From: Bacillota bacterium
GTDB lineage: Bacteria; Bacillota_I; Bacilli_A; RFN20; CAG-826
Assembly (NCBI GenBank): GCA_030834445.1
Contig: JAURFC010000002.1
Coordinates: 8,504-72,503 of the forward strand
Direction: 5' to 3'
DNA length: 64,000 nt
Below, piece by piece: positions 37,431-46,315 of this stretch. Both the position numbers and the translations under genes were made by a program. The number at the start of each line of letters is the position of its first letter. Positions within the stretch are counted from its first letter, which is position 1. Below the pieces are notes generated by a model. That model was given only the letters and a program-made list of their open reading frames with translations. It made no database searches and was not told the origin of the DNA.

Positions 37431-38139
37431 ACTGTTGCTTTTACTTAAATCCGAAATCTTACGTTTATTCCATTATAAAATTATTTATTTTGGTTTGTTT
37501 GTCTCGTTGATTTGGGTCTTTGTCTTGGCGTTTACTTCCTTTCAAGAGGCCGAATTACTCATGCCACAACTGCTCGCCCTTGATGCGGGATTAATGACGA
37601 TTGTACTCATTGGTTCATCCTATTATTTTGAAAAACAAGAAGGCACGCTTCAAGCCTTGTTTGTGAGTCCTGTTTCACCCAGGAAGGTTCTCGTCGCAAA
37701 AATTCTCGCCAGTCTCGTGCCTTCCCTTGTTTCCATTACCCTCATTAGTCTGACGATGGGACTCATTCATAGTTACTGGATTCCTTTACTCCTTGCCCTT
37801 ACTTACATTATTTTGGCAACGATTGCACACATAAGTGTTGGCTTTATCTTGATGTTTTTAAGTCCGGATTTTATGAGCTTACTGGTCAAATATATGGGTG
37901 TCGCACTTTTGTTTTATTTACCCGCTATTCTGATTCCCTTAGACCTTATTCCTGAGTCGCTTCAATGGCTGGGGTTTTTATCGCCAAGTTACGCCGCTCA
38001 ATACATCATACAGTCGTTACTCATCGACCGTGATATCGCGATGATCCTTCTCGCTTTGTTCTTTTTAATAGCCATTCCCGGGCTTATTTTTCCACTATAT
38101 GTTTATCCCCGCTTTAAAAAGGAGGCATTACGCGCATGA
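37423..38139 (+). CDS. ABC-2 type transporter permease
   Basis: 238 aa, 6 TM, overlaps the ATPase gene stop. Confidence 0.75.
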   Translation: MLKLLLLLKSEILRLFHYKIIYFGLFVSLIWVFVLAFTSFQEAELLMPQLLALDAGLMTIVLIGSSYYFEKQEGTLQALFVSPVSPRKVLVAKILASLVPSLVSITLISLTMGLIHSYWIPLLLALTYIILATIAHISVGFILMFLSPDFMSLLVKYMGVALLFYLPAILIPLDLIPESLQWLGFLSPSYAAQYIIQSLLIDRDIAMILLALFFLIAIPGLIFPLYVYPRFKKEALRA

Positions 38140-38951
38140 AATCGTGGTTTGCTTTACTAGGCTATGAACTCAAAACACTCTTACGTGACCCGATGAACTT
38201 ATTTATGTTCATTTATCCTATTTTTATGTTGTTTTTTATGGGATGGGCCATTCCTTCAATTTTAGAACGAACCGGTCTAGAAACATCTTCCGGGGAATAC
38301 GCATTAAGTCTAACGATTATTTTTGTGGTCATTCTCGCCGTCGGTGGCATGATTTCAGGTATCTTACTGGGATTCTCTTTACTCGAAAACAAAGATGAAA
38401 AAACGATTCAAGCGATTGCAGTTTCGCCGATGACCGTTCAAGGCTATGCATGGTTTAAGAGTCTATACACCTATGTGATTGGTTTTCTTGGAACGCTCGT
38501 CATGGTGGGCGGCATCATCCTCTTTTTTTCCGATGCGTATTCGTATTCCTTTAACGGGATGCGGTTTGGCTTATCGGAAATTTCTTTCCTTGATTTACTG
38601 CTTTTTAGTGCGGTGAGTAGTCTCCTCACACCAACGATTGGGGCGATGATCGCAGCGATTGCTAAAAATAAAATCGAAGGGTTTGCGTTGATGAAAACCG
38701 CAGGCATCCTCTTCATCATTCCTGCCCTTGTATTATTAGAAGCATTTGGCGATTGGAAACAATACCTCTTAGGCATCACGCCCAACTTTTGGCCCGTGAA
38801 AGCCTTTTTAAACCTCGCGTTTCAAACCCAAGGTCCCGATGATCTCTCCTATACCCTTTATTTAGTAATTGGCGCGGTCTATATGATCTTCCTTGCAGTT
38901 ATTTCCATTCGTTATTTTGTGAAGCGTGCAAGCGCAGAAAGGGGATTTTAA
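38136..38951 (+). CDS. ABC-2 type transporter permease (second subunit)
   Basis: 271 aa, 6 TM, ATGA overlap with the preceding permease. Confidence 0.75.
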   Translation: MKSWFALLGYELKTLLRDPMNLFMFIYPIFMLFFMGWAIPSILERTGLETSSGEYALSLTIIFVVILAVGGMISGILLGFSLLENKDEKTIQAIAVSPMTVQGYAWFKSLYTYVIGFLGTLVMVGGIILFFSDAYSYSFNGMRFGLSEISFLDLLLFSAVSSLLTPTIGAMIAAIAKNKIEGFALMKTAGILFIIPALVLLEAFGDWKQYLLGITPNFWPVKAFLNLAFQTQGPDDLSYTLYLVIGAVYMIFLAVISIRYFVKRASAERGF

Positions 38952-38954
38952 ACC

Positions 38955-39095
38955 ATGTTTGAACTTGATTGGTGGGTCTGGATACTCATCGCGGTCGCGG
39001 TCGTCGGTATTGGTTATTTAAAGCTCAAAGTCTTTAATGCCATGATCAAAAAGAAACCGAACAACCAACCTAATCCAGAAAACGACGAAGACTAG
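38955..39095 (+). CDS. Unannotated 46-aa single-pass membrane peptide
   Basis: ATG 38955 lies 3 nt after the permease stop. Encodes MFELDWWVWILIAVAVVGIGYLKLKVFNAMIKKKPNNQPNPENDED. Below the 60-aa ORF-track cutoff. Followed at once by a terminator. Confidence 0.5.
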   Translation: MFELDWWVWILIAVAVVGIGYLKLKVFNAMIKKKPNNQPNPENDED

Positions 39096-39114
39096 CACCC
39101 GAAAGGGTGCTTTT
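39095..39114 (+). terminator. Rho-independent terminator of the TetR/ABC operon
   Basis: GCACCC-gaaa-GGGTGC followed by TTTT. Confidence 0.8.
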
Positions 39115-39115
39115 C

Positions 39116-40117
39116 TTATCCGCGTTTGTACGGGGCAATCAAGTCGTGAGGATGATACTTTTTAACGAGCTGTAAATAAAAGTAAGGATTTAATAAGAGT
39201 TCTCGACCCAGATAAATAAGCGATATGCCTTGGCCCAATGCATCTTCGATTTGTTCGTAGGTCGTGACGAGGCCTCCCCCAATGGTAGGAATATCCTGCT
39301 TTTCAATCACCTTCGCAAAACCAAGTTGGTAACCTGGATACGATTGAATAGAAACAGGGACGGCACCACCACTACTCACATTAACGCCGACCACGTAAGG
39401 TTTAATAAGATTAATCACGCGAAGTGTTTCTTCCACATGATGACCGCCTTCGGCATATTCTTCCACCGATAATCGGACCCAGATAGCGCCATGAAATTTC
39501 GTGGATACTGCCTGTAAAATTTCAATTAAAAAACGCGTACGATTTTCGATGGATCCACCATATTCATCGGTTCGATGATTCGTTAATGGAGATAAAAACT
39601 GATTGATGAGGTACCCATGGGCCCCGTGAATTTCAACGCCATCAAATCCTGCTTGTTGAGCACGATGGGCAGCCAATCGGAAGTGATGAATGACGGTTTG
39701 AATATCTTCCTTTGTCATCGCTCGGGGCGTCCGGTGTTCAGGTGTAAACGGGATGGCCGATGAAGAAATGGCTTCTTGGGACATATCGCCTGATTTTTTT
39801 CCCGCATGAGCGAGTTGAATTGCAATTTTAGCGCCACCATGATGAACTGCGCTTACAAGTTGATGTAATCCGGCTAGTTGAGCATCATCATAAATACCTA
39901 AATCGTGAATCGAAATGCGACCCCGTGATTCGACCGCGGTGGCTTCGACAATGACTAAACTCACACCGCCATACGCACGGGCAGGATAATGCGCGAGATG
40001 AAACGGTTGTACGTGTCCTTCTTCGTTGGCACTATACATACACATCGGGGCCATGACAAGGCGATTTTTAAGCGAAAGAGAGCCCCATTGAAAAGGGGTA
40101 AAAAGTAAACCACTCAT
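39116..40117 (-). CDS. namA: NADPH dehydrogenase / Old Yellow Enzyme (YqjM/NamA type ene-reductase)
   Basis: LFTPFQWGSLSLKNRLVMAPMCMYSA matches the YqjM-type N-terminus. HGAHGYLINQFLSP and RTDEYGGSIENR motifs. Confidence 0.92.
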   Translation of the reverse strand: MSGLLFTPFQWGSLSLKNRLVMAPMCMYSANEEGHVQPFHLAHYPARAYGGVSLVIVEATAVESRGRISIHDLGIYDDAQLAGLHQLVSAVHHGGAKIAIQLAHAGKKSGDMSQEAISSSAIPFTPEHRTPRAMTKEDIQTVIHHFRLAAHRAQQAGFDGVEIHGAHGYLINQFLSPLTNHRTDEYGGSIENRTRFLIEILQAVSTKFHGAIWVRLSVEEYAEGGHHVEETLRVINLIKPYVVGVNVSSGGAVPVSIQSYPGYQLGFAKVIEKQDIPTIGGGLVTTYEQIEDALGQGISLIYLGRELLLNPYFYLQLVKKYHPHDLIAPYKRG

Positions 40118-41874
40118 CGGAAGAAACCAACATAGGCACCCATTGCAAAATTACGATAGTACCCATCAAAATAAATAAGTGATTGCACCCATATATCTAT
40201 CGAGAACGTTTCAAAAGTGAAGGAAATGAGTAAGTCTTCAGGGTCTTCTGCCGTGTAGTCTGCTTGTTGGATATCTTCACCGGGGAAATGCCGCTCTAAC
40301 AAAACGGCAATCATTTCCTCAAGAATACCAATCGTAACGGCTTCATCACCATACGTGATATTCCAATCAAGTTGTAAATCGGTTTCTTCCTCCATGGTCA
40401 GTGACATGGCGACGTTGTCGCTGGTATAGGGTGTTTCCACAAGATCCATGATTGAAGGCACAAATAAGAATGTTTCATAGTCAAAGGAGGAAAAATCTAA
40501 GATTTGATTCGATAAGGAAAAGTAATAATCCATAAATTCGACGATTGGATCATCGGTATATGTCCCAAAGGTCGTTGGAAAATCAGCGGGATGTTGATAC
40601 GATTCCGGAATGCCCGAAAAGGAAGCAAGACCAATTTCATTCATGGACGTGACAAGCGAAAAAAGTTGATTGTATTCCGCTTGTGTAAGGTCGTTTTTGA
40701 CCATCAATTCCCCTTCTTCATCGCGCATATCGAGCCGTTCAATCGCCGCGTTAAATTGCCCTTGTAAAATGAATCGGGCAATGCCAACCCCATTGACGAA
40801 AGGCATCACGGCCGCGAACACATAAATGCCCACAAGGGTTAATAAGGCCCGTTGGGTGGCTTGAGGATGTTTTTTGAGTACCCAAATCGCGTAACTGATC
40901 GGCCAAATTCCCATCAAAAGTTGTAGGACGATACCCATGGAAAATCCAAAGACAACCCCCACACGAATGAGTTCTACATAATAACCAAACATAATCACAA
41001 GTAAAACGATGGGGAAAAGGTTTTGGAAAAACTTTATTAAAGGATAACGTTCGACAAACCGACGGGTGGAGACATGCGTTGAAATCCCAGCAAAAGCAAT
41101 CACCAAGGTCGATAACGTATAAATTCCCGCGTTATATTGTTCACTTTGAAATAAACCGGTCAGCAAATAAATGACGATAAAGATCATGAACACACTGATG
41201 ACAGGCGCAAGCACAAATAGGAAGATACGTTCCCAGATAACGGAGTATGGTCCTTCTTCGAGTTTTTCGTTTCCTCGAGGAAAGCCATTCAACCACGTTG
41301 GAACAAAAACATAGGTAAGCGATAAGATAAGCACATTCGAGTAGACGGTAAAGGCAATCGATAAATTAAATAGAATATTCGTGCTCAATAAAATAATGGC
41401 GACACCGACAAAGAGGAATAAGGCATAAACAAGCGCGGTAAAAATAACATTAATGCCATCAATGATGGGTTTTTCAATCGCCTTATTCGCACGGAAATAT
41501 CGGATAAATAAAGGCAATAAATAAAACCCAAAAAGTAAATTTGAAAAGCGAAAAAAGCCCACGGCAAGATTCGCTTCGAGTTGCAACCAACCAAAATAAA
41601 GCCCGGTGAGAAGGATCACGGTGAGAATATCGATGATCTTCGACCAGCGCCACCACGAAAATGTTTCCCTTGTTAAGGTCACACTCAACGTTAATGGAAG
41701 AAAAATAAACAACGCTTGAGAGACATCGGTCAACCAATTCAGTTCAAGGTCTTCATTCAATACCATCAAAAATCCTAAAAGAAAGGAATAAATTAATGTG
41801 ACAGGAAAGCGTTGCCAACTTCCTTGCAATGGTTTTAATAAAAAGTTATTCAACCAGCGCTGAATCAAGTTCAT
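40114..41874 (-). CDS. Large polytopic membrane protein, DUF4153-like
   Basis: 586 aa. About 11 TM helices, then an acidic soluble C-domain of about 200 aa. N-terminal RFPVTLIYSFLL motif as I recall for DUF4153 proteins. Confidence 0.55.
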   Translation of the reverse strand: MNLIQRWLNNFLLKPLQGSWQRFPVTLIYSFLLGFLMVLNEDLELNWLTDVSQALFIFLPLTLSVTLTRETFSWWRWSKIIDILTVILLTGLYFGWLQLEANLAVGFFRFSNLLFGFYLLPLFIRYFRANKAIEKPIIDGINVIFTALVYALFLFVGVAIILLSTNILFNLSIAFTVYSNVLILSLTYVFVPTWLNGFPRGNEKLEEGPYSVIWERIFLFVLAPVISVFMIFIVIYLLTGLFQSEQYNAGIYTLSTLVIAFAGISTHVSTRRFVERYPLIKFFQNLFPIVLLVIMFGYYVELIRVGVVFGFSMGIVLQLLMGIWPISYAIWVLKKHPQATQRALLTLVGIYVFAAVMPFVNGVGIARFILQGQFNAAIERLDMRDEEGELMVKNDLTQAEYNQLFSLVTSMNEIGLASFSGIPESYQHPADFPTTFGTYTDDPIVEFMDYYFSLSNQILDFSSFDYETFLFVPSIMDLVETPYTSDNVAMSLTMEEETDLQLDWNITYGDEAVTIGILEEMIAVLLERHFPGEDIQQADYTAEDPEDLLISFTFETFSIDIWVQSLIYFDGYYRNFAMGAYVGFFR

Positions 41875-42419
41875 CGATTTCTACCTCCTGAGGAATGAGA
41901 TGAAGCGGCAGCAGCCCCAGCAGCAGCTTGCCGACGCTTATCATCAATAAAGTCATCAATCATTAGCACAACACTCACAGCAAGGGCCTCATCAAAGCCA
42001 TCTTCAATGGCAATTTGATAAGTGTCTCCCCAGGCTAAAAACTTCTTTTGAATTTGAACCACGGTACCATTTTCATCGGCAATTCGATAATTATAGCCAA
42101 AGAAATCGCCTTGAATTTCATATTTTTTCCCTTGAATTAAGAGGTTAAATCGTACCCCAAAAAAGGCAAGAAGTTGTTGGGCAAGCTTTGCAACAACGGC
42201 ATTCTGACGATCGTATAAAAAATAAGTAGGAACAAAGGTTAAAACTTTTTGTCGAATCGAATAAATGGGAGTGAGATCTCCGACTTTAAAAATATCTTTA
42301 TGACTATGCATCGAAAAGAATTTCCCTTTTGCCTCATACAAGACATTTTGAACTTCATCATACACTTTGTATTCATCCCGAATGGCGAATACTTTTTGCT
42401 TAAGATAAACATATTTCAT
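41871..42419 (-). CDS. LURP-one-related (DUF567, tubby/scramblase-like fold) protein
   Basis: 182 aa. MKYVYLKQKVFAIRDEYKVYDE... repeated beta-hairpin pattern and a C-terminal helix typical of the LOR family. Ala/Ser/Gly-rich tail. Confidence 0.65.
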   Translation of the reverse strand: MKYVYLKQKVFAIRDEYKVYDEVQNVLYEAKGKFFSMHSHKDIFKVGDLTPIYSIRQKVLTFVPTYFLYDRQNAVVAKLAQQLLAFFGVRFNLLIQGKKYEIQGDFFGYNYRIADENGTVVQIQKKFLAWGDTYQIAIEDGFDEALAVSVVLMIDDFIDDKRRQAAAGAAAASSHSSGGRNR

Positions 42420-43357
42420 GCGATAAATTCCTCCACATGATCAATAAATAAATCAAAAAAGGTATCAAAAGGAAGATGACCCGCATTGGGTATCATGACA
42501 AGACGGGTATTGTCTCCCAAACTTTGTAAGAGTAATTCCCCGGTGGCAAGGGGAATAAATCCATCAAATTCACCCCAAAGTAGCATGATCGGTTGCGTGA
42601 TTGTATCGAATATTTCTTGCATATTTTGCGAATCATTATCCTCACCAAATTGTTTAAGAATATCCGGTGGAATCGTACGATTGACGACATACATTTCATC
42701 AAAATCTTCATTCGTGATAAGCCCATTATTCCGTTCGTATTCTGAGTACGCGGTAAAAAAGAAGGCACGTTGAATGTAATAGTTTTGAACCACTTCTTTG
42801 TACATGAAAAGAGGTAAGCTGGGGGGATTGGTCATCGCGCCTTCCGGATAATATCCTGCAGACCCGACCAACATAAGTTGGGAAATTTTTTCAGGGGCAA
42901 GATGGGTAAGGTGAAAGGAAACTTCCCCTCCCATGGAATGGGCCATCAAGGTAATATCGTTTAATTGCTTAACTTCAATAAATTCAAGCACCGTTCGCGC
43001 TTGATTTTCTTTACCATAATCATAATCACGAGGTTTACTCGATAGTCCAAAACCTATTAAATCAACCGCGATGACGTGATGGGTGGTTTTAAAATATTCA
43101 AATACGTGAATAAAATCATAACTTGATCCTAAAAATCCATGAACGAAAAGCATCACGGGTGCATTGGCATCCCCAGCTTCGCGGTAAAAAATGGTGCGCT
43201 CTTCATCAAGTTGAAGTTCCTTGGCATACGCTTCGTAAACGTATTGACGTGTTTGTATGATCTCTGAGGTTTTTAACCCCGAAGCAGTCCAAAATCCCAC
43301 CGTGATAAAATAAAGCGTTAAGGCGATGATACGCCCCCATTTTATTTTCTTTTTCAT
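42416..43357 (-). CDS. Membrane-anchored alpha/beta hydrolase
   Basis: N-terminal TM helix, HGFLGS oxyanion region, nucleophile elbow AHSMGG, and C-terminal GH. Confidence 0.85.
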   Translation of the reverse strand: MKKKIKWGRIIALTLYFITVGFWTASGLKTSEIIQTRQYVYEAYAKELQLDEERTIFYREAGDANAPVMLFVHGFLGSSYDFIHVFEYFKTTHHVIAVDLIGFGLSSKPRDYDYGKENQARTVLEFIEVKQLNDITLMAHSMGGEVSFHLTHLAPEKISQLMLVGSAGYYPEGAMTNPPSLPLFMYKEVVQNYYIQRAFFFTAYSEYERNNGLITNEDFDEMYVVNRTIPPDILKQFGEDNDSQNMQEIFDTITQPIMLLWGEFDGFIPLATGELLLQSLGDNTRLVMIPNAGHLPFDTFFDLFIDHVEEFIA

Positions 43358-44307
43358 CGCATTAACTCAATGCCAGCCGAGCTGCTGACCCCTTGATATA
43401 ACAGGCGTTTTCCTTTCGTTAATCGTAAGGAAACATGCCCGGATAATCCTTCTTTAATTTGATGATCCATCGACCCTAATTTCGGTGATTTGAGGGCAGC
43501 AACGCGATCAATCGTCGCTTCAAATTCAAGCATTAAAGATCCTTTCTTGAGAATATAATGACCAGAACGTTGGGTAATCACTTCTTGATTGACCTTGGCG
43601 CCATTATACGTTGCAAATCGGTAATGCTGTCCTGCGACATAAAGATGACAAATAAGACCGAGGAATTTTAACCCTAAGTAAGGAATCTTCGCATAAGAAA
43701 AGAAAAAAGAAATATTGTCTTCCAGGAAATGATTCGCTTGAACCCACACATAATTTTCAGGGAATGAACGCCCCCAATCTTTTTCTAAATACCCTTTTCC
43801 ACTCGTAAATTCAATCACGTCCTCATTCACAGATAGCGATCCCGTGATCGAATGATTTAGCGAAAGTACCCCATGATAACATTCCATCGCTGGGAGATAG
43901 GCAAACGGTCCCATAATGGAAGGATTCAAAATGTTTTTTGGAAGCGGAATACGGCCTTGATAATGGAAGTCACCACGCAAGTGAACATCGTCATTTTTCA
44001 AGTCAATATGGGTTTGATCCAATGAGAATGTATTGGTGCCTACTTGCACATGAAAGCGTTTCTTATCGGCAGAAAAATCCGAGGTGGGAAAACGAAAATA
44101 ATGATAATCAAGACGTGGTTCTTCCCCCTTATCCACTAAAAATACTTGGACAAAGGCATGCGGATCTTTCTTAGAAAGAGAGATGCCAGGAATTAGCGCA
44201 AGCGAGAACGTTTGATCCGCCGTCACATGTTTAAAGTACCAACCTTCAAAGTAGCGATTGGTTTGGCCGAAGCCTTGATATATTTCAGGTTTTTGAGGAT
44301 GATTCAT
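43354..44307 (-). CDS. Tocopherol cyclase-like family protein
   Basis: 317 aa. NRYFEGWYFKH near the N-terminus is the hallmark of the tocopherol cyclase (VTE1-like) family. LEKDWGRSFP motif. Confidence 0.7.
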   Translation of the reverse strand: MNHPQKPEIYQGFGQTNRYFEGWYFKHVTADQTFSLALIPGISLSKKDPHAFVQVFLVDKGEEPRLDYHYFRFPTSDFSADKKRFHVQVGTNTFSLDQTHIDLKNDDVHLRGDFHYQGRIPLPKNILNPSIMGPFAYLPAMECYHGVLSLNHSITGSLSVNEDVIEFTSGKGYLEKDWGRSFPENYVWVQANHFLEDNISFFFSYAKIPYLGLKFLGLICHLYVAGQHYRFATYNGAKVNQEVITQRSGHYILKKGSLMLEFEATIDRVAALKSPKLGSMDHQIKEGLSGHVSLRLTKGKRLLYQGVSSSAGIELMR

Positions 44308-44338
44308 AAAAAAAGCTAAGGGATTCCCTTAGCTTTTA
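44308..44338 (-). terminator. Strong hairpin/T-tract between the heliorhodopsin gene and the downstream operon
   Basis: AGCTAAGGG-att-CCCTTAGCT (44314-44334). On the minus strand it is followed by T7 that runs directly into ATG 44307. Confidence 0.8.
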
Positions 44339-44363
44339 TTTTACCTTATTTTAACGGGATTCG

Positions 44364-45188
44364 TTAGGAAGGTTGGAAGGCACCGAAGAGGACGAGCCAG
44401 GTTAAGATGGTTTTTGCAACTAACGATAAGATGATATAACCACGTTCACCGACAAGATAGTCTTTAAATCTACCCACGCCTAAGTATTGTAAAAGCATGT
44501 TAACGGGGAAGGTGTTGAAGGCAATGAAATAGGTGGCTAAAATCGCCCAAACGAAAACTGGAACGGCATCTAAGTTGGGGTTCACCCCAATGTAGAAGGC
44601 AATGGCAACCCAAGGAGCAAGACCAACGATGGTCCCAAAAATAAAGGGTAACCAGTTGATTTTCTTACCGACTTTGGATTCGCCTGCGTTGAGTAATTCC
44701 ATATCTAAACCGAAGAAGTTCATCGCCGCATTCGCTAACGCGATTAAGGCAAAGACGGCCACATCGCGAACACCAAATAACGAAGAAATTAACACGATCA
44801 TTAAGGATGACGATAACGCATATTCATACCAACGGAATTGGTTGATACCGACACGTAAACCTTCACGATATTTCTTCTTGAAAGGAAAGGCGATAAGGAA
44901 GTGGAATAAAGCCGATAAAAGCAAGAAACTTGCAGTTAATGGTAAGAAAGGTAACTGAAATAACGTGTCTGTGACGGTTAACACTAACCCTTCACCTGGA
45001 ACGAACTCAAGGTAATTACCGATGACATCGATATTAAAGGCCCCTTGTTCGGAAATACTGGGATACACAAAGAAGGCAAATGCCATCATGAGAACCCCTT
45101 GGATTAAGTGAACAAGACCCATGGTTTTGTTAAAACCAAGGAGTTTGTCTACTTTTTGGTCGAACGACAATTCAACTTTTGCGCTCAT
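44364..45188 (-). CDS. Heliorhodopsin
   Basis: 7 TM. FRWYEYALSSSLMIVLIS and GERGYIILSLVAKTILTW match recalled HeR-48C12 segments FRWVEYSLSSSVMIVLIA and GERAYIVLSLVAKSALAW. Lys codon at 44412-44414. ATG 45188 has SD aaggag 5 nt upstream (spacer atttt), so the track start 45209 is rejected. Confidence 0.9.
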   Translation of the reverse strand: MSAKVELSFDQKVDKLLGFNKTMGLVHLIQGVLMMAFAFFVYPSISEQGAFNIDVIGNYLEFVPGEGLVLTVTDTLFQLPFLPLTASFLLLSALFHFLIAFPFKKKYREGLRVGINQFRWYEYALSSSLMIVLISSLFGVRDVAVFALIALANAAMNFFGLDMELLNAGESKVGKKINWLPFIFGTIVGLAPWVAIAFYIGVNPNLDAVPVFVWAILATYFIAFNTFPVNMLLQYLGVGRFKDYLVGERGYIILSLVAKTILTWLVLFGAFQPS

Positions 45189-45256
45189 AAAATCTCCTTT
45201 TTTCACCATAATTGGTAATATTAGTATAAATCCGATGATAAAAAGTGAGGCGAAAA

Positions 45257-45892
45257 ATGCTTATGATTCATAAATACATTCCAGGAACCAATCCGCGACG
45301 CCCTACTCTAGTGCTTTTTCATGGAACAGGGGGGAATGAAAACGACCTATTAAGCATTGCGCAAATGATTGATCATGAGGCGAGTGTTTTAGCATTGCGG
45401 GGTGATGTAAGCGAGTTTGGGATGAACCGTTTTTTCAAACGTTTAGCAGAAGGCGTCTTTGATTATAACGATATCTGCATGCGTGTCGATTCACTTGATG
45501 CATTTTTGAATAAAGCGTGTGAGCAATATCAGTTGGATCGCCAGGATCTCCTGGGTGTTGGTTATTCGAATGGCGCAAATATGATTGCCCAAATGATGTT
45601 AAAAAAACCGATGAGTTTTCGCCAGGCAATCTTAATGCATCCGATGGATATCGACCCCAAAGTCATCCCTACACCGATCGAGGATGTAGATATTTTAGTG
45701 ACCGCAGGGACCGAAGACCCCATTGTTACGCAAGCGCAAACCAATCAACTTGTCCACCGTTTTCAAACACAAAAAGCAACCGTCGAATTAGCCTGGTTTA
45801 AACACGGACATCAACTCTCAAGTGATGAAATCCAAACCGTGATAAAATGGTATCAGAAGCACATTATTGATCCGGAACAATTCCGTGATTAA
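45257..45892 (+). CDS. Phospholipase/carboxylesterase family alpha/beta hydrolase
   Basis: LVLFHGTGGNENDL, nucleophile GYSNGAN, and C-terminal HGH. SD gagg 6 nt before ATG 45257. Confidence 0.85.
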   Translation: MLMIHKYIPGTNPRRPTLVLFHGTGGNENDLLSIAQMIDHEASVLALRGDVSEFGMNRFFKRLAEGVFDYNDICMRVDSLDAFLNKACEQYQLDRQDLLGVGYSNGANMIAQMMLKKPMSFRQAILMHPMDIDPKVIPTPIEDVDILVTAGTEDPIVTQAQTNQLVHRFQTQKATVELAWFKHGHQLSSDEIQTVIKWYQKHIIDPEQFRD

Positions 45893-45901
45893 GGAGGAAA
45901 T

Positions 45902-46315
45902 ATGGGCCCATTATTAGGATTTATTACCGTCTTTTTTATCGCGATGAGTATGACACGAAAACTCGTTCAACTCACGCTAGCATCCGTGTTCAAGCGCAAT
46001 AAGCTTGAGGATAAGAAAACGTCACTTGATTTGAAAGTGTTATTATTTTTGCAAAAAAACCATCGCTACTTTGGCATCCTTGCCCTTTTGAGCGCGGTGG
46101 CCCATGCCGCCCTTCAATTCTCAATCACCGGTTCCCCGAGTTTAACGGGAGGAACCCTAATTGGTTTATTAGCAACCCAAGGGATAACGGGTTATTTACA
46201 AGAACAAAAAAAGGGCAACATTCGTGTTTTGAATAAAATTCACGAAACATTACCCTTCATCATGGTCGCCCTTATCATCGCGCACATCATTTTGAATTCA
46301 TCGATTCCGCTATAA
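45902..46315 (+). CDS. Small 4-TM membrane protein with His in TM2 and TM4 (cytochrome-b-like guess)
   Basis: 137 aa. Contains ALLSAVAHAALQF and MVALIIAHIIL. SD aaggagg upstream. No family recognised with certainty. Confidence 0.5.
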   Translation: MGPLLGFITVFFIAMSMTRKLVQLTLASVFKRNKLEDKKTSLDLKVLLFLQKNHRYFGILALLSAVAHAALQFSITGSPSLTGGTLIGLLATQGITGYLQEQKKGNIRVLNKIHETLPFIMVALIIAHIILNSSIPL

